From Octopus sinensis (lineage: Eukaryota), in contig NC_043008.1 of NCBI RefSeq assembly GCF_006345805.1, positions 61,132,001 through 61,196,000 on the forward strand: 64,000 nt of DNA. Direction: 5' to 3'. Within the stretch, counting starts at the first letter, position 1; the number at the start of each line of letters is the position of its first letter. The notes beneath the pieces were generated by a model, which saw only the letters and a program-made list of their open reading frames with translations, was not told where the DNA came from and did no database searches. The translations under genes and the position numbers were made by a program. Below are positions 1 through 10,797 of this stretch, piece after piece.

Positions 1-320
1 GTTGACTTGGTCCCGCGTGATGATCAATCGAAGCATTGGAGGTACCGATCTATCAAATGGAGGGGGTTCACGACCATCATCTTGTTTGAAAATAGTTGAA
101 AAAGCCTCGGCAAATAATTGACTCTGTTGATAAGGGTCCTCAATCGATACGCCTGTTGAGTCTACCAACGTTGCAATCTGGTTGTTCAAGCGGGAATTCC
201 GCTGGACATGGGCAAAGAAGGTTTTTGGATTGCTACTGGCATTTGCCGCGATTTTGTATTCATAACTGAAGCGGTCTTTCTTTTCAATTTTCACGGCTCG
301 AATAAAATCACATTCAACTG
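1..320 (-). mobile_element. CR1-like LINE ORF2 fragment (endonuclease-RT linker), runs off the window start
   Basis: Manual minus-strand translation of 300..1 is stop-free: RAVKIEKKDRFSYEYKIAANASSNPKTFFAHVQRNSRLNNQIATLVDSTGVSIEDPYQQSQLFAEAFSTIFKQDDGREPPPFDRSVPPMLRLIITRDQVN. The NPKxFF/W..V motif and the F..xF segment are typical of CR1/L2/Jockey linkers. Confidence 0.75.
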
Positions 321-482
321 ATACGACTGTGTTTTCTTTTCCCAAAATCCATGCAATTTCCAGCATCCCCGCTCATTTGCCACAAACAGAGCCTCAAATG
401 CAAAATATAAGTTAGTCCTAGAGCACACAATGTTCCTGAAGGTCATCAGCAGTGGTCTTCCTCGGTCACGAGTGGACGGCTA

Positions 483-589
483 TCATTTAGAATACACCCA
501 ACGTGCACCGAGGAATTCTTTACGTATATCCTCCGTATTAATCATTGAGAATACACCCAACGTGCACTGAGAATTCTTTACGTACATCC
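483..589. repeat. Two ~48-bp direct repeats (ATCATT..GAATACACCCAACGTGCAC..GAATTCTTTACGTA.ATCC)
   Basis: Copies at ~483-531 and ~541-589 with few differences. Confidence 0.8.
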
Positions 590-783
590 AGCAACGACAA
601 TACGCTATTCCAGATGTCACCTGGTAACCATTAACGGTCAACTTGCTCTTCAGACACACTACAAGTTACATTCCCCCAAAATATTTGGATACTAAACCTT
701 AAAGTCTCCTATCTTTTGCTGATTAAAAACACACGCCATTTATTTGATCTTCCCTTTTGTTTTATTATAATCATAATTTTAAA

Positions 784-990
784 GACGGCGAGCTGGCAAA
801 ATGGTTGCCACGACTGGCAAATTGCTTAGCGACATTTCGTCCGTCGTTACGGTCTTGGTCAAAATGCCGTATAGATCGACTTTGTTTTCATCCTTTCGGA
901 ATCGCTGAAATAATTTCTATTTGAGCGTTGGGGTCGATCTAATCGACTAGACCTCTCCCCCTAAATTTCATGCCACGTGCTTATAAAAGA
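784..990 (+). mobile_element. Degenerate tRNA-derived SINE, type C
   Basis: GGCGAGCTGGCA head and GATCGACTTTGTTTTCATCCTTTCGG core match the reverse complements of copies at 7068-7200 and 55658-55878. Confidence 0.7.
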
Positions 991-1761
991 GGTGATTATA
1001 ATTCTTACCTTTTTATCAAAATTCATTTCTCTCACATACTGTGATCCCACGGGTAAAATTTTGTCATGCCTATTCCATTTTCTCTTTTGTGATATGTGTC
1101 CCCATCTGTGCACGCACTTACGTTTCCATCTGTATGTTTCTATGTGTTTAGTATGTGTGTCTTGTGTGTGTATATGTATTTGTATACTACCCTGTTTGTA
1201 CCTGTATTTATTTCACGTTCTCTAGTTCTGTATTTAGTCATCAGTTTGTGTATTGTGATGGAGTGGGCAGTTATTACTCCATTTACGTTTCCTATTGAGG
1301 ATCGTTATACCTTCTATCATGCATGTGATACCCTACAACGTAGTCTTGGAAGAGATTTCAATTTTGTATACAATTGAACACAAATTTAAATGACAATTGG
1401 GTGTATCTTGATACTGATAAAGCCACTGATAACATTCAAGTAATTTCCATCATCAATTTAAATTAGTCGATAAAATATCATGCATATGCAATATATATTT
1501 CTTGCTCTATATTCTGGAGCCTGAGGATGGTAAAATTCAAAATTCTAGAATGCTCCTCTTTTCTGCGGCGTCTGAGAATTTAGTACCTTTGATTAGTAAC
1601 AAACAAGAGAATGAAACGAGGCGTTTTAATAGTGAAACTGATGCATCAATATCAGATATTATCTTAGTCTTCTCAGATAATACCTGGAGACTATACATAC
1701 GTCTATTTTTAGCACTACTTTTTTCTCCTTTCTCTAGTTCTTCTTTTTATAATTTTCCTCC

Positions 1762-1768
1762 ATCATCG

Positions 1769-1806
<38 letters not shown>

Positions 1807-1900
1807 GTCGTCGTCGTCGTCGTCGTCGTCGTCATCATCGTCGTCGTCGTAGTCGTCGTCATCATCATCATCATCACCACCTTCTTCCTCTTCTTCTTCT
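1762..1900. repeat. Compound trinucleotide microsatellite (CAT/CGT/CTT)n
   Basis: Directly visible; explains the poly-Ser tail of ORF 1502..1852. Confidence 0.95.
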
Positions 1901-2579
1901 TCTCTTTCTTATCTCGTTAACACTCTTCGGCCGATAGCATTAAACACCGGTAAGAAACTGAGGTTGTTTCTCACCTCATATTGCTGACTTTGCGCTAAAA
2001 TTACAAAAATGAATATTATTTACACTATTATTGTTACTATTAGTATTAGTCGTATTATTAATATGATTATTTTTTTGTTGTTCTTATTACCATTATTTAT
2101 TTAGTCATCTATTAATTACTTCATTTATATGCCCATTATTTTCATGCTCGTGTTGCACCGATATTCCAAAATGCATTTCAGTTCATTTTTCATTTGCGAC
2201 AATTTTTCAGTCAGAGAATATTACCAAGCTTGTTTGAATGTCTATCTCACATGGTATTTAGAAATTTACGCTTTAAAATTACCTCTATTTTAATTTACCG
2301 TGGCTAATATGGTTTCGTTTTCAGGATATGCCCTTAAGAAAACTAACATTGAATAATGTAAACAACTATCATATAAAGATAAGTAAACGTAAAACATAGC
2401 AGTGCTTAAATATATCATAGAAAACTAGATGAAAATATTGAATTTTCCGCCAAAGAACAAAATAGATACAAGCTTGACAATACCAACATAAAAACAGACA
2501 TGCATAAAGTTTTCGATTGATAAAGTCGCGTGCAATAACAATGCAGTGTGTTGTTTGCACAATTTCTATCCAAAATATA

Positions 2580-2912
2580 TTGTTTATAAGATATGCATTA
2601 TTACAGTCTTTAATAGTTATGCAAAAGAAGGATAGTAATTAATTTGTGACTTGAGAATGCAACAAGAAGTAAGCCTGTTTCAAGGAAGACTTGTTTATAA
2701 GATATGCATTATTACAGTCTTTAATAGTCATGCAAAAGAAGGATAATAAGTAATTTGTGACTTGAGAATGCAACAAGAAGTAAGCCTGTTTCAAGGAAGG
2801 CTTGTTTATAAGATATGCATTATTACAGTCTTTAATAGTCATGCAAAAGAAGGATAATAATTAATTTGTGACTTGAGAATGCAACAAGAAGTAAGCCTGT
2901 TTCAAGGAAGGC
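2580..2912. repeat. Tandem repeat, 3 x 111 bp
   Basis: Unit starts TTGTTTATAAGATATGC at 2580, 2691 and 2802; units are nearly identical. Confidence 0.95.
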
Positions 2913-3211
2913 TTTGTGAGAGAGCTTTTCACATATTTTCTACGAATGTGTATGGCAGATTATGAGTAATACAAAAGCTTGACACTTAACGAAGATGGTG
3001 CTGAAGTACAATACAAGATTATGTGCGGTACAGGTGTCCACATGCAGTTTAGTACTATTTGTGAGAAGGTACTTAATCATCAAAATCTCGATATCACTGG
3101 CTATATTTCATTCCGGTCAGTATACAAGCCGAGCAAAGCATCTGTCCGATTTATGGTAGTAAATCGTATGTAATGACTCAGGAGGTAAAAAAGCATTAAG
3201 ACATATAGCGG

Positions 3212-3421
3212 TCATGTTGATTCGCTAGCTTCTGCACGCATTTTTTTCTCTCCTTGTTTCTTTCCGTGTTTTTTTTTCTGTGTATCTTTCTGTTGAAGAG
3301 CGTAGGCTCGAAACGTAAAAGACTTGTTTTATTTATATCCCAGAGCGCCATACTAATACAATTGTTTGTTTGTATTCCACCTGCCTTCGTCTTTTGTTTA
3401 TTTTCATAAAGCTTCCCGTTA

Positions 3422-3425
<4 letters not shown>
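3212..3425 (+). mobile_element. Short TA-flanked non-autonomous element (type D1) with minimal hammerhead-like motif, probably Penelope-like (PLE) pseudo-LTR derived
   Basis: Near-identical copy at 48450-48665. Motif: TCTTT-CTGTTGA-A-GAGC-GTAG-GCTC-GAAACGT-A-AAAGA. Confidence 0.7.
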
Positions 3426-3457
<32 letters not shown>

Positions 3458-4124
3458 TGTATGTATGTATGTATGTATATATATATCAGAGGCAAATGTG
3501 GATTTCATGTCCTTCCTTTCTTGACTTTACTTGCTTTTTCTATGAATAATTACCCGCCTTAGATTTCGTTCTGGTTTCTTTAAACTCGTAGTACAACAGG
3601 TAATCCAAGAAAGAACTTTATATTTTCTCAGTTTTGTAAACTTTTCCAAACTTTAATCTCTTCATAGAAAATCATTATCAAATATTATAATGCTTTCGTA
3701 AGATGGTATCTCGATGTTCATCACTTCCACCAACACCACGAGCGCATTATTTCTTATCTTCTTATTAAACTTCTTTACATTTGCATATTCTCAATTTATT
3801 TCCTTCTCCTAAATCCCTACTCCTGCATATCATAACATTTTTCCTGCGATGGATACATACGTAAACACATTTGTTCATACGAGGTGAAATGCTTTTAGGT
3901 AAGGGCGTCGTTAGAGGCCTAAACATCCGAGTTCTTTTATAGAGCTTAGAAAAACCACAGGATCGCTGCAATGAGTGTGTGAATCTGAAAATGGAATATG
4001 TGGAATAAAATCATAATTAACTAATACTCCTATTTTGCAGCACCCATTTATGGGTGTGTGTGTGTGCATGTGTATGTATATGTTTCTATATATACGCACA
4101 CATTTATGTATCTATATATATATT

Positions 4125-4420
4125 ACCGTGATCACCGTGACCGACCAGACCATCAGATGTTGCTACACATCGCTGGTCACAATGCGCTTCGCATTATTTT
4201 AGCCTTGAAATGACGCCACCCCGCTGGCTAAGCGAGCAAACCAAGAGAAGAAAGTGTGAGAGAAAGTTGTGGCGAAAGAGTACAGCAGGGATCGCCACCA
4301 ACCCCTGACGGAGCCTCGTGGTGCTTTGGGTGTTTTCGCTATATAAACACTCACAACACCCGGTTTGAGAATCGAAACAGCGATTCTAAAACTGCGAGTC
4401 CGCTGCCCTAACCCCTGCCC
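4125..4420 (-). mobile_element. tRNA-derived SINE, type A head/core with alternative tail (A2)
   Basis: Reverse complement has GGTTAGGGCAGCGGACTCGC..TTTCGATTC head and the type A core, then a different tail ending GGTCGGTCACGGTGATCACGGT. Second copy at 9319-9609. Confidence 0.85.
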
Positions 4421-5444
4421 CCCACACAAACACACACACACAACACACACACACACAATACATGTATATGTGTTTGTGTGTGTTTTTACGTTAGTAGAAT
4501 GTGATCTCCCGCAAAATTTTTGTCAGAAGTAACTGTTGCTACATTAATCTTAAATGCATTGAAATCAAGGAAAATCATGATCAAAATGAATCTAGCCGTG
4601 GCCACCACTCCGCTTTCTCATGTATACCGAACCAAGCATACGTTACCTAATCTGCTCTATTCTGTGATGCTACTGACAGAATTCGATTTTCTTTCAAATC
4701 ACATCAGTGGACTTTCTAGAACCACCCAGTTTCCACTTTCTTCTTTTGATAAGAATGATTTCCTTTTACGCTACCCCTGTCTAATTTAGTTTTCAAAACA
4801 TACATTTCAGATTTGAGAATTCCAATGTTACAATTTTTTCCATTGGGTATATTGCATTTAATCCTCGTAATGTATAAATTTTAGCAAGTCTTTGTAAAAT
4901 TTCTATATCATCATGTGCATTAGAATATTGCTTCGCTACGCCAAATATTTATTCTATACTTATTTACACATACAGTTAATTATTCTACATTGCTATCTTC
5001 TATCTGCGTAGCGTTGTATTGTTTATATAATGTTGCATAGCGTAGCGCTGAGAGAATGCAAGCGTATAGGAAATTCTTTCTCTGGGTAATAGAACGGTGC
5101 ATCATGAAGATCTGAATTGTTATCTTTCCATGTATATTGGAAATATAATACCTATTATTCGTGGGAGTATCCAGAATTTTTTTTCAATATTTTAGCAAGC
5201 TGACGCCATGTGTATCATCACTAGTTGTATGATGACGAATTCAATAAGCTGCGCCACTGGCAGGGAAAAGGTATTCTGTCACCAAATAAAGAGGATGACT
5301 GGAGGTGTGATAGCACATTATTGGTACTGTTATGGTAATGGGAAATAGTAACGTCTCTATTATTATGAATCCTTGATTAATAAGATTACTAAGACTACTC
5401 GCGCAATTACTACTGATTAATTAATTTTGGCAACTGACCAGCAA

Positions 5445-5625
5445 TTTCAGGGGAGGGGTTAAGTCGATTACAGCCAAGCTAGTGTGTTACTGGTACTTAT
5501 TTTATCGACCCTACAAGGATAGAAGCTATAGTCTAGCTCGGCAGGATTTCAACTCAGAACGTAAAAACGGACGCAAACTCGTTAAGTATTTTGCCGACAC
5601 AGTAACACTTCTACTAGCTCGCGGT
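5445..5625 (-). mobile_element. Degenerate SINE type C
   Basis: TTAAGTCGATTACA..CTGGTACTTATTTTATCGACC..AACTCAGAACGTAA matches 55658-55878. Confidence 0.7.
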
Positions 5626-5652
5626 CTTAATAGTAATAATAGATATAATATA

Positions 5653-6187
5653 CAGAGTGTCCCCAAAAAATGTATACACTTGCTGCAACAGTCTGTCATG
5701 CCAAGCATTAGAGAGGACTTTGAACAGGAAGAGTTTTATTTCCAGCAAGATGGGGCACCTCCATACTACCATCGCGATGTTAGATCCTTTCTTGATGGGA
5801 TCTTGCCAAACAGGTGGATTGGACGGAGAGGTTTTGTCGAATACCCTCCACGTTCATCAGACCTCACACCACTAGACTTCTTTTTATGGGGATACCTAAA
5901 GGACAAAGTCTACGCACAGAAACCTGCAACAGTCGTTCAATTGAGGGCAACTATTGAACATGAATGTACGAATATCCCAAGGGAATTGTTCCATGATGTG
6001 TGCCATTCCATCGCTTCGCGTTGTCAGCAGTGTCTGGAGCAGAACGGACATCAGTTTGAGAACATGCGATAACAAGACAATAGAATGATATTTGTAAATT
6101 CTTATACATGTTGAAAATTATTCGAATTATAATAAACCCCAAATTTACAATTATTTAAGGTGTGTATACATTTTTTGGGACACCCTG
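5653..6187 (+). mobile_element. Internally deleted Tc1/mariner element, DD41D (rosa/Visitor-type), retaining only the transposase C-terminus
   Basis: TIRs CAGAGTGTCCCCAAAAAATGTATACAC (5653-5679) and GTGTATACATTTTTTGGGACACCCTG (6162-6187), with TA on both flanks. Open frame FQQDGAPP...RWIGRRG..YPPRSSDLTPLDFFLWGYLK has 41 residues between the 2nd and 3rd catalytic Asp; stop at 6072. Confidence 0.92.
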
Positions 6188-6624
6188 TATATACATGCAC
6201 ACTCACACACACATACACACACACACATATATATATATATATAAATAAATATATGCATTCATAAATGTATTTGGGGTTGTACATGCGAGCATATCTGAGT
6301 ATATTTGTGCGAGTTCACTTTGAAAATAATGTGGGTATAAAAATCTTCCGATTCATGCTATAATGATTGCTTTTACTTCTCAAACTTAATTAGTAATATA
6401 TTCATTATAAACAATAACAATTGGACATTTAATATTTAGTTGGAACTACATACTAGCGTAAATATATAGTAATCACTCTTCTACATTTTAGAAAAGAGGA
6501 GAGTTATATCGACATAATTGTAAACGTTTTATAAAGTGAAATGAATAACGATTTTAATGCATTTTAACATTTATCAATTAAAGTATTGAATAATTTGATT
6601 AAGCTATTATGAAATTATAAGAAA

Positions 6625-7013
6625 CGAGCAAAACGTCCCCCGTCCAACGGACGGTGCTGAGTTGTCAAACATTTAAACCAAATTTTCTCAAAACAACTTG
6701 TCCTACCGTCCCATTTTGTGGCATTATTTCAAGCCAGTCGGCTTTTTTTTTGCGCAAACTGCACGTGCATTTTCCTCGCGTACGCGTAGTATCAGTCGCA
6801 ACAGCTGATGTACTTGCGCATAGAAATGCACGTTACCGCGGGTTTATCGATCGCATTCTCACTTGGAATCAAATTTTTGTAATTTTTTTCAAGACTTATA
6901 AACGCCCTGATACTGTCGGTATCTACATATCAAATTTGAGCGCAAACAGATGGAGGATACCCGAGATCCTAGAAGACACACACACACAGACAGAACGGAT
7001 TTTATATAATAGA
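6625..7013 (-). mobile_element. Non-autonomous Helitron
   Basis: On the minus strand: A|TCTATTATATAAAA 5' end at 7013, GC hairpin CCGTCC-GTT-GGACGG near the 3' end, and terminus CTCG|T at 6625 (variant of CTAG). Same layout as 59366-59743. Confidence 0.65.
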
Positions 7014-7067
7014 TATTCGACTTATATTGGCTATAAAGTTATAAACAGAGAAAATGTAGAGAAAAAG

Positions 7068-7200
7068 GAAGCTGAAAATCCCCGAAAGGATGAAAGGCAA
7101 AGTCGACCTCGGCGGAATTTGAACTCAGAACGTAACGGCAGACGAAATACGGCTTCGCATTTCGCCCGGCGTGCTACCGTTTCTGCCAGCTCGCCGCCTT
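7068..7200 (-). mobile_element. SINE type C, head and core
   Basis: GAAAGGATGAAAGGCAAAGTCGACCTCGGCGGAATTTGAACTCAGAACGTAAC...GCCAGCTCGCC is near-identical to 55770-55878. Confidence 0.9.
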
Positions 7201-7249
7201 CCACTATTTATATATACATACAATGTATGGATGGCCGGAACTGCAAAGA

Positions 7250-8175
7250 TTTAGGAAAAGTGCGAATAAGACATGCTACTGTATGCTTTTACGTCAGAGA
7301 AATTTACCAACTTCGTGTTGAGAGTATGCAAATGAATTCCAATCACGAATAACGAACGTGGAAGAAGAAATACTACTTCACATGGAATTACATGGTCAAT
7401 TCCAACGTGAAATGGACAGCTTCAAATACCATGAAGTATCATGAATGTTACTTAGCCAGAGAGACATTAAATACAGGACTTAACAACTAATTATTGCTGC
7501 CTAGGACCAAGCATTCGAAGAAAGCAGTGACAAGGATATATACCGCACAAGTCCAAAGAACTTACCGAGAATATGTGGGAAGAAGGTCGACAGCGTGACT
7601 CACATTGCTAGCGGTTGAGAATGTCTTGCGCAGAAAGATACAAGCGCACAGACCACCAGGAGGCTTAAAGCTCTACAGTCTATTCTGCTGCAAGTATGGA
7701 TATGAAGTAACGGGCATTTGGTAGCAACATACATCGGAAAAATTAATGGACGGAAACGGGAAGCCCAAGAGACCTAGAGACCTTCATTTCCACACACATA
7801 GACAAGGTGGCAGAGAACCAAAGGCTGGATAAAGTGGTCTTTAAAAGGGACAAGCAAAAGTACTTAATAATTTACGTGACTATGCCAGAAGATCAACATA
7901 TTTTCACGAAACAAAGAAAACAGGTTGGCAAATACGGAGATCAAATAAGGAAACCTGAATATTGCACTAACAAAGTTGTGGCAGTTGCGAGAATCAAAGT
8001 TTATTCCTATTATCTTGGGGGCATTGGGTTCAATACGACCGACTGTAAAGAAACATCTGGACACTCTAGAAATACCCTAAAATCTCGATTACCAAAATCG
8101 ACTTTACTTCGAACTGCAGGCTTTCTGCGTAAAGTGCTGTCCGCCTGAGGTTCTTGTTGTATATTGATAGACAGC
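7250..8175 (+). mobile_element. Decayed R4/Dong-like non-LTR retrotransposon 3' part (zinc knuckle and restriction-like endonuclease)
   Basis: Remnant motifs LHGQF, LIIAA*DQA and THIASG, then the RLE-like ORF 7807..8148 ending LLRTAGFLRKVLSA*. The 3'UTR start TGAGGTTCTTGTTGT matches TGAGGTCCTTGTTGT at ~52521. Confidence 0.75.
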
Positions 8176-9283
8176 AAATTCTGTTTGACTGCGTCCGTTT
8201 CCCCTAATAGTTTGTCTACTTAGTCCGGCTTAAATAAGCCGTCATGAGCAAACTGAATGATATGTTGGTCACAATATATATATATATATGAAAATTTGGT
8301 ATATCTGTGAGTCATTTGCCTTAGTGCAGGTTTGGAGATTTCTGGTGAAATTTGCATTCATTTGCCATACCTCGGCACATTATAGCAGTGGCTATTTGAC
8401 ATTACTATTGAAACTTTCAGTTTCATACGTTTGAATGCTCGTATCTCTTTATATAATTTCAATCTTTTACTAGTTATATAAATATATTTATGTTTGTTAT
8501 ATACACTCTCGTTCAATACGTACATACACACACATTTACATACAGATAGATACATAAATACATGCGTTCACACACACACACACACATAGATACATATATA
8601 ATATATATGTTGCTATATGTGTGAATTTATGCATGTATATATGAGTGCGTGTGTGTATTCGTGTGTAAGTGTGTGTGTAGTTCTTTCAACATCATATCTT
8701 TCTGGTAGAGGATTTTGTTTTGAAACATGAAACTTCGATGAAACAATGATAAAAGTATTTGCTATCTTTTCATTTATGTATTTGATAACAAATTTTGGCT
8801 TTGTTACCTTTATCTGTCGCATTTTACAATGCTGAGTTGAAACCTTTGTTGATAATCGGTTTATGTATATCGCTTTCTTGTGACAGACATCAACTAACCA
8901 TTATCCTTGGTGCGTTAAAAACTTGCAGCTTCAAATATTGTTTGCTTTGAGGTGAAGGTGCGGTCCTGGCTTATATATTGCTACGGTGTAAGGCCTGCAT
9001 TAATTCATATTGATGGGATCGAAGTGATGCTGAGATCAATGCCTCACTCCGTTAAATAATTGAGGTTTCTCATTGCTAGTAGGATTCTGAAGATCGTGTT
9101 TGCTACTTCGAAATTCGTACTCAAATTACCAGATCGTAATGGACAAAGGAGAACTTGGTGGTATATATTTCCACCATCTTGCTGCCTGCCATTAATATTA
9201 CTGCCGCGTAACATTACTTTCTCTCCAGCGCTGAGACAATTCTGCCGATTCCTCTCACACATAAATACATACATATATGATTG

Positions 9284-9317
<34 letters not shown>

Positions 9318-9318
9318 C

Positions 9319-9609
9319 ATCACGTGATCACGTGACTGACCAGACCATCAGATGCTGCTACACATCGCTGGTCACAATGCGTTCGCATTGTTTTAGCCTT
9401 CGTACGACGCCACCCCGCTGGCTAAGCGAGCAGGCCAACAGAAGAAAGTGGGGGAAAGAGTGGTGAAAGAGTACTGCAGGGATCACCACCCCCTGCCGGA
9501 GCCTCGTGGAGCTTTTAGGTGTTTTCGCTCAATAAACACACACAACGCCCGGTCTGGGAATGGAAACCGCGAGTCCGCTGCCCTAATCACTGGGCCATTG
9601 CGCCACCAC
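9319..9609 (-). mobile_element. SINE type A2 (small deletion in head)
   Basis: Colinear with 4125-4420; head GTGGTGGCGCAATGGCCCAGTGATTAGGGCAGCGGACTCGCGGTTTC. Confidence 0.85.
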
Positions 9610-9637
9610 ATTCACACACACACACACACTCATACAT

Positions 9638-9708
<71 letters not shown>

Positions 9709-10413
9709 TAACTGAAAACTAAATAAGAGCTTTCCATTATATAATAAGTTAATAATATAATAAATGCATAAACTAACAGGAAACGAACACAAAATGTCAC
9801 CTATCATGTTTCAGGGTCTCTATGTTGTCCAGTTCCTAACTATATGTTTGTCTCCTGTCTGGCACTAAGGCCGTATTCCGTTTATTTACTTCAGTTTGTT
9901 TTTATGTCCACATTTCGTCTTGGTTATTTTCATCTGTGTCACTCGTCTGTCCTGTAATCGTCTCGTTTTCAATTACATTTATTTCGCGATTTTATGTTCA
10001 GTTTCTGTATTGCATAATCGTTTATTTATTGATTGTTTGTTCACTGTCTTTCATATTTGGTCCTCTGTTCGTTGGGCCATCATCTCCCGGTAGCCTCTTG
10101 TGGCCGGTGCCAACGGAAGGGAAACAATATTACAGTTAAAGTCGCGAAATTCCGCTTGACCGTCCAGCTGCTTTCTGTTAGCTTGTGGATTTATTATATA
10201 TATATGAGGGGGAAGCAATACGGGCAAAATAATTCATAAGCACTCTGCTGGCACACCAGGCTAACAATATTATTGAGATTAGTGAAGAACTCCAGGTAAT
10301 CTTGAGGTAGAGCCCAAAGTTATGGCTCATCACAATTCTATTTTGTAAATCTGTTGATAGGCTCCAGACAAACTGATATATAAATATACAATTTAGAAAT
10401 AATGGTTATTAAA

Positions 10414-10797
10414 GTGTGGTAAGTAGCTTGCTAACCAACCACATGGTTCTGGGTTCAGTCCCACTGCGTGGCATCTTGGGCAAGTGTCTTCTACTATAGC
10501 CCCGGGCCGACCGATGACTTGTGAGTGGATTTTGTAGACGGAAACTGAAAGAAGCCTGTCGTATATATGTATATATATATGTGTGTGTCTTTGTGTGTCT
10601 GTGTTTGTCTCCCTAGCATTGCTTGACAACCGATGCTGGTGTGTTTACGTCCCCGTCACTTAGCGGTTCGGCAAAAGAGACCGAAAGAATAAGTACTGGG
10701 CTTACAAAATAATAAGTCCCGGGGTCGATATACTCGACTAAAGGCGGTGCTCCAGCATGGCCGCAGTCAAATGACTGAAACAAGTAAAAGAGTAAAA
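10414..10797 (+). mobile_element. tRNA-derived SINE type B (internal TA/TG microsatellite)
   Basis: GTGTGGTAAG..GGTTCAGTCCCAC head, TTGGGCAAGTGTCTTCTACTATAGC core and tail CTCCAGCATGGCCGCAGTCAAATGACTGAAACAAGTAAAAGAG; many copies in the window. Confidence 0.92.

Noticed and set aside
1502-1852. 116-aa ORF with a poly-Ser tail
   Set aside because: The tail is a (CAT/CGT)n microsatellite, the start is TTG and no domain is recognisable.
2979-3173. ICEKVL..YKPSK peptide hinting at a zinc finger or hAT BED region
   Set aside because: Cys/His spacing is incomplete and there is no supporting neighbouring motif.
4500-5100. Possible decayed piggyBac- or LINE-like coding on the minus strand
   Set aside because: Only vague motif echoes that need multiple frameshifts; cannot be supported by eye.
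6654-7352. Longest ORF in the track (232 aa)
   Set aside because: It reads through an antisense Helitron and an antisense SINE; it is a composite of non-coding repeats.
8820-9250. Unique, moderately GC-rich segment resembling a hAT dimerisation domain
   Set aside because: Key motifs (ERxFS) are absent; the similarity is too weak.
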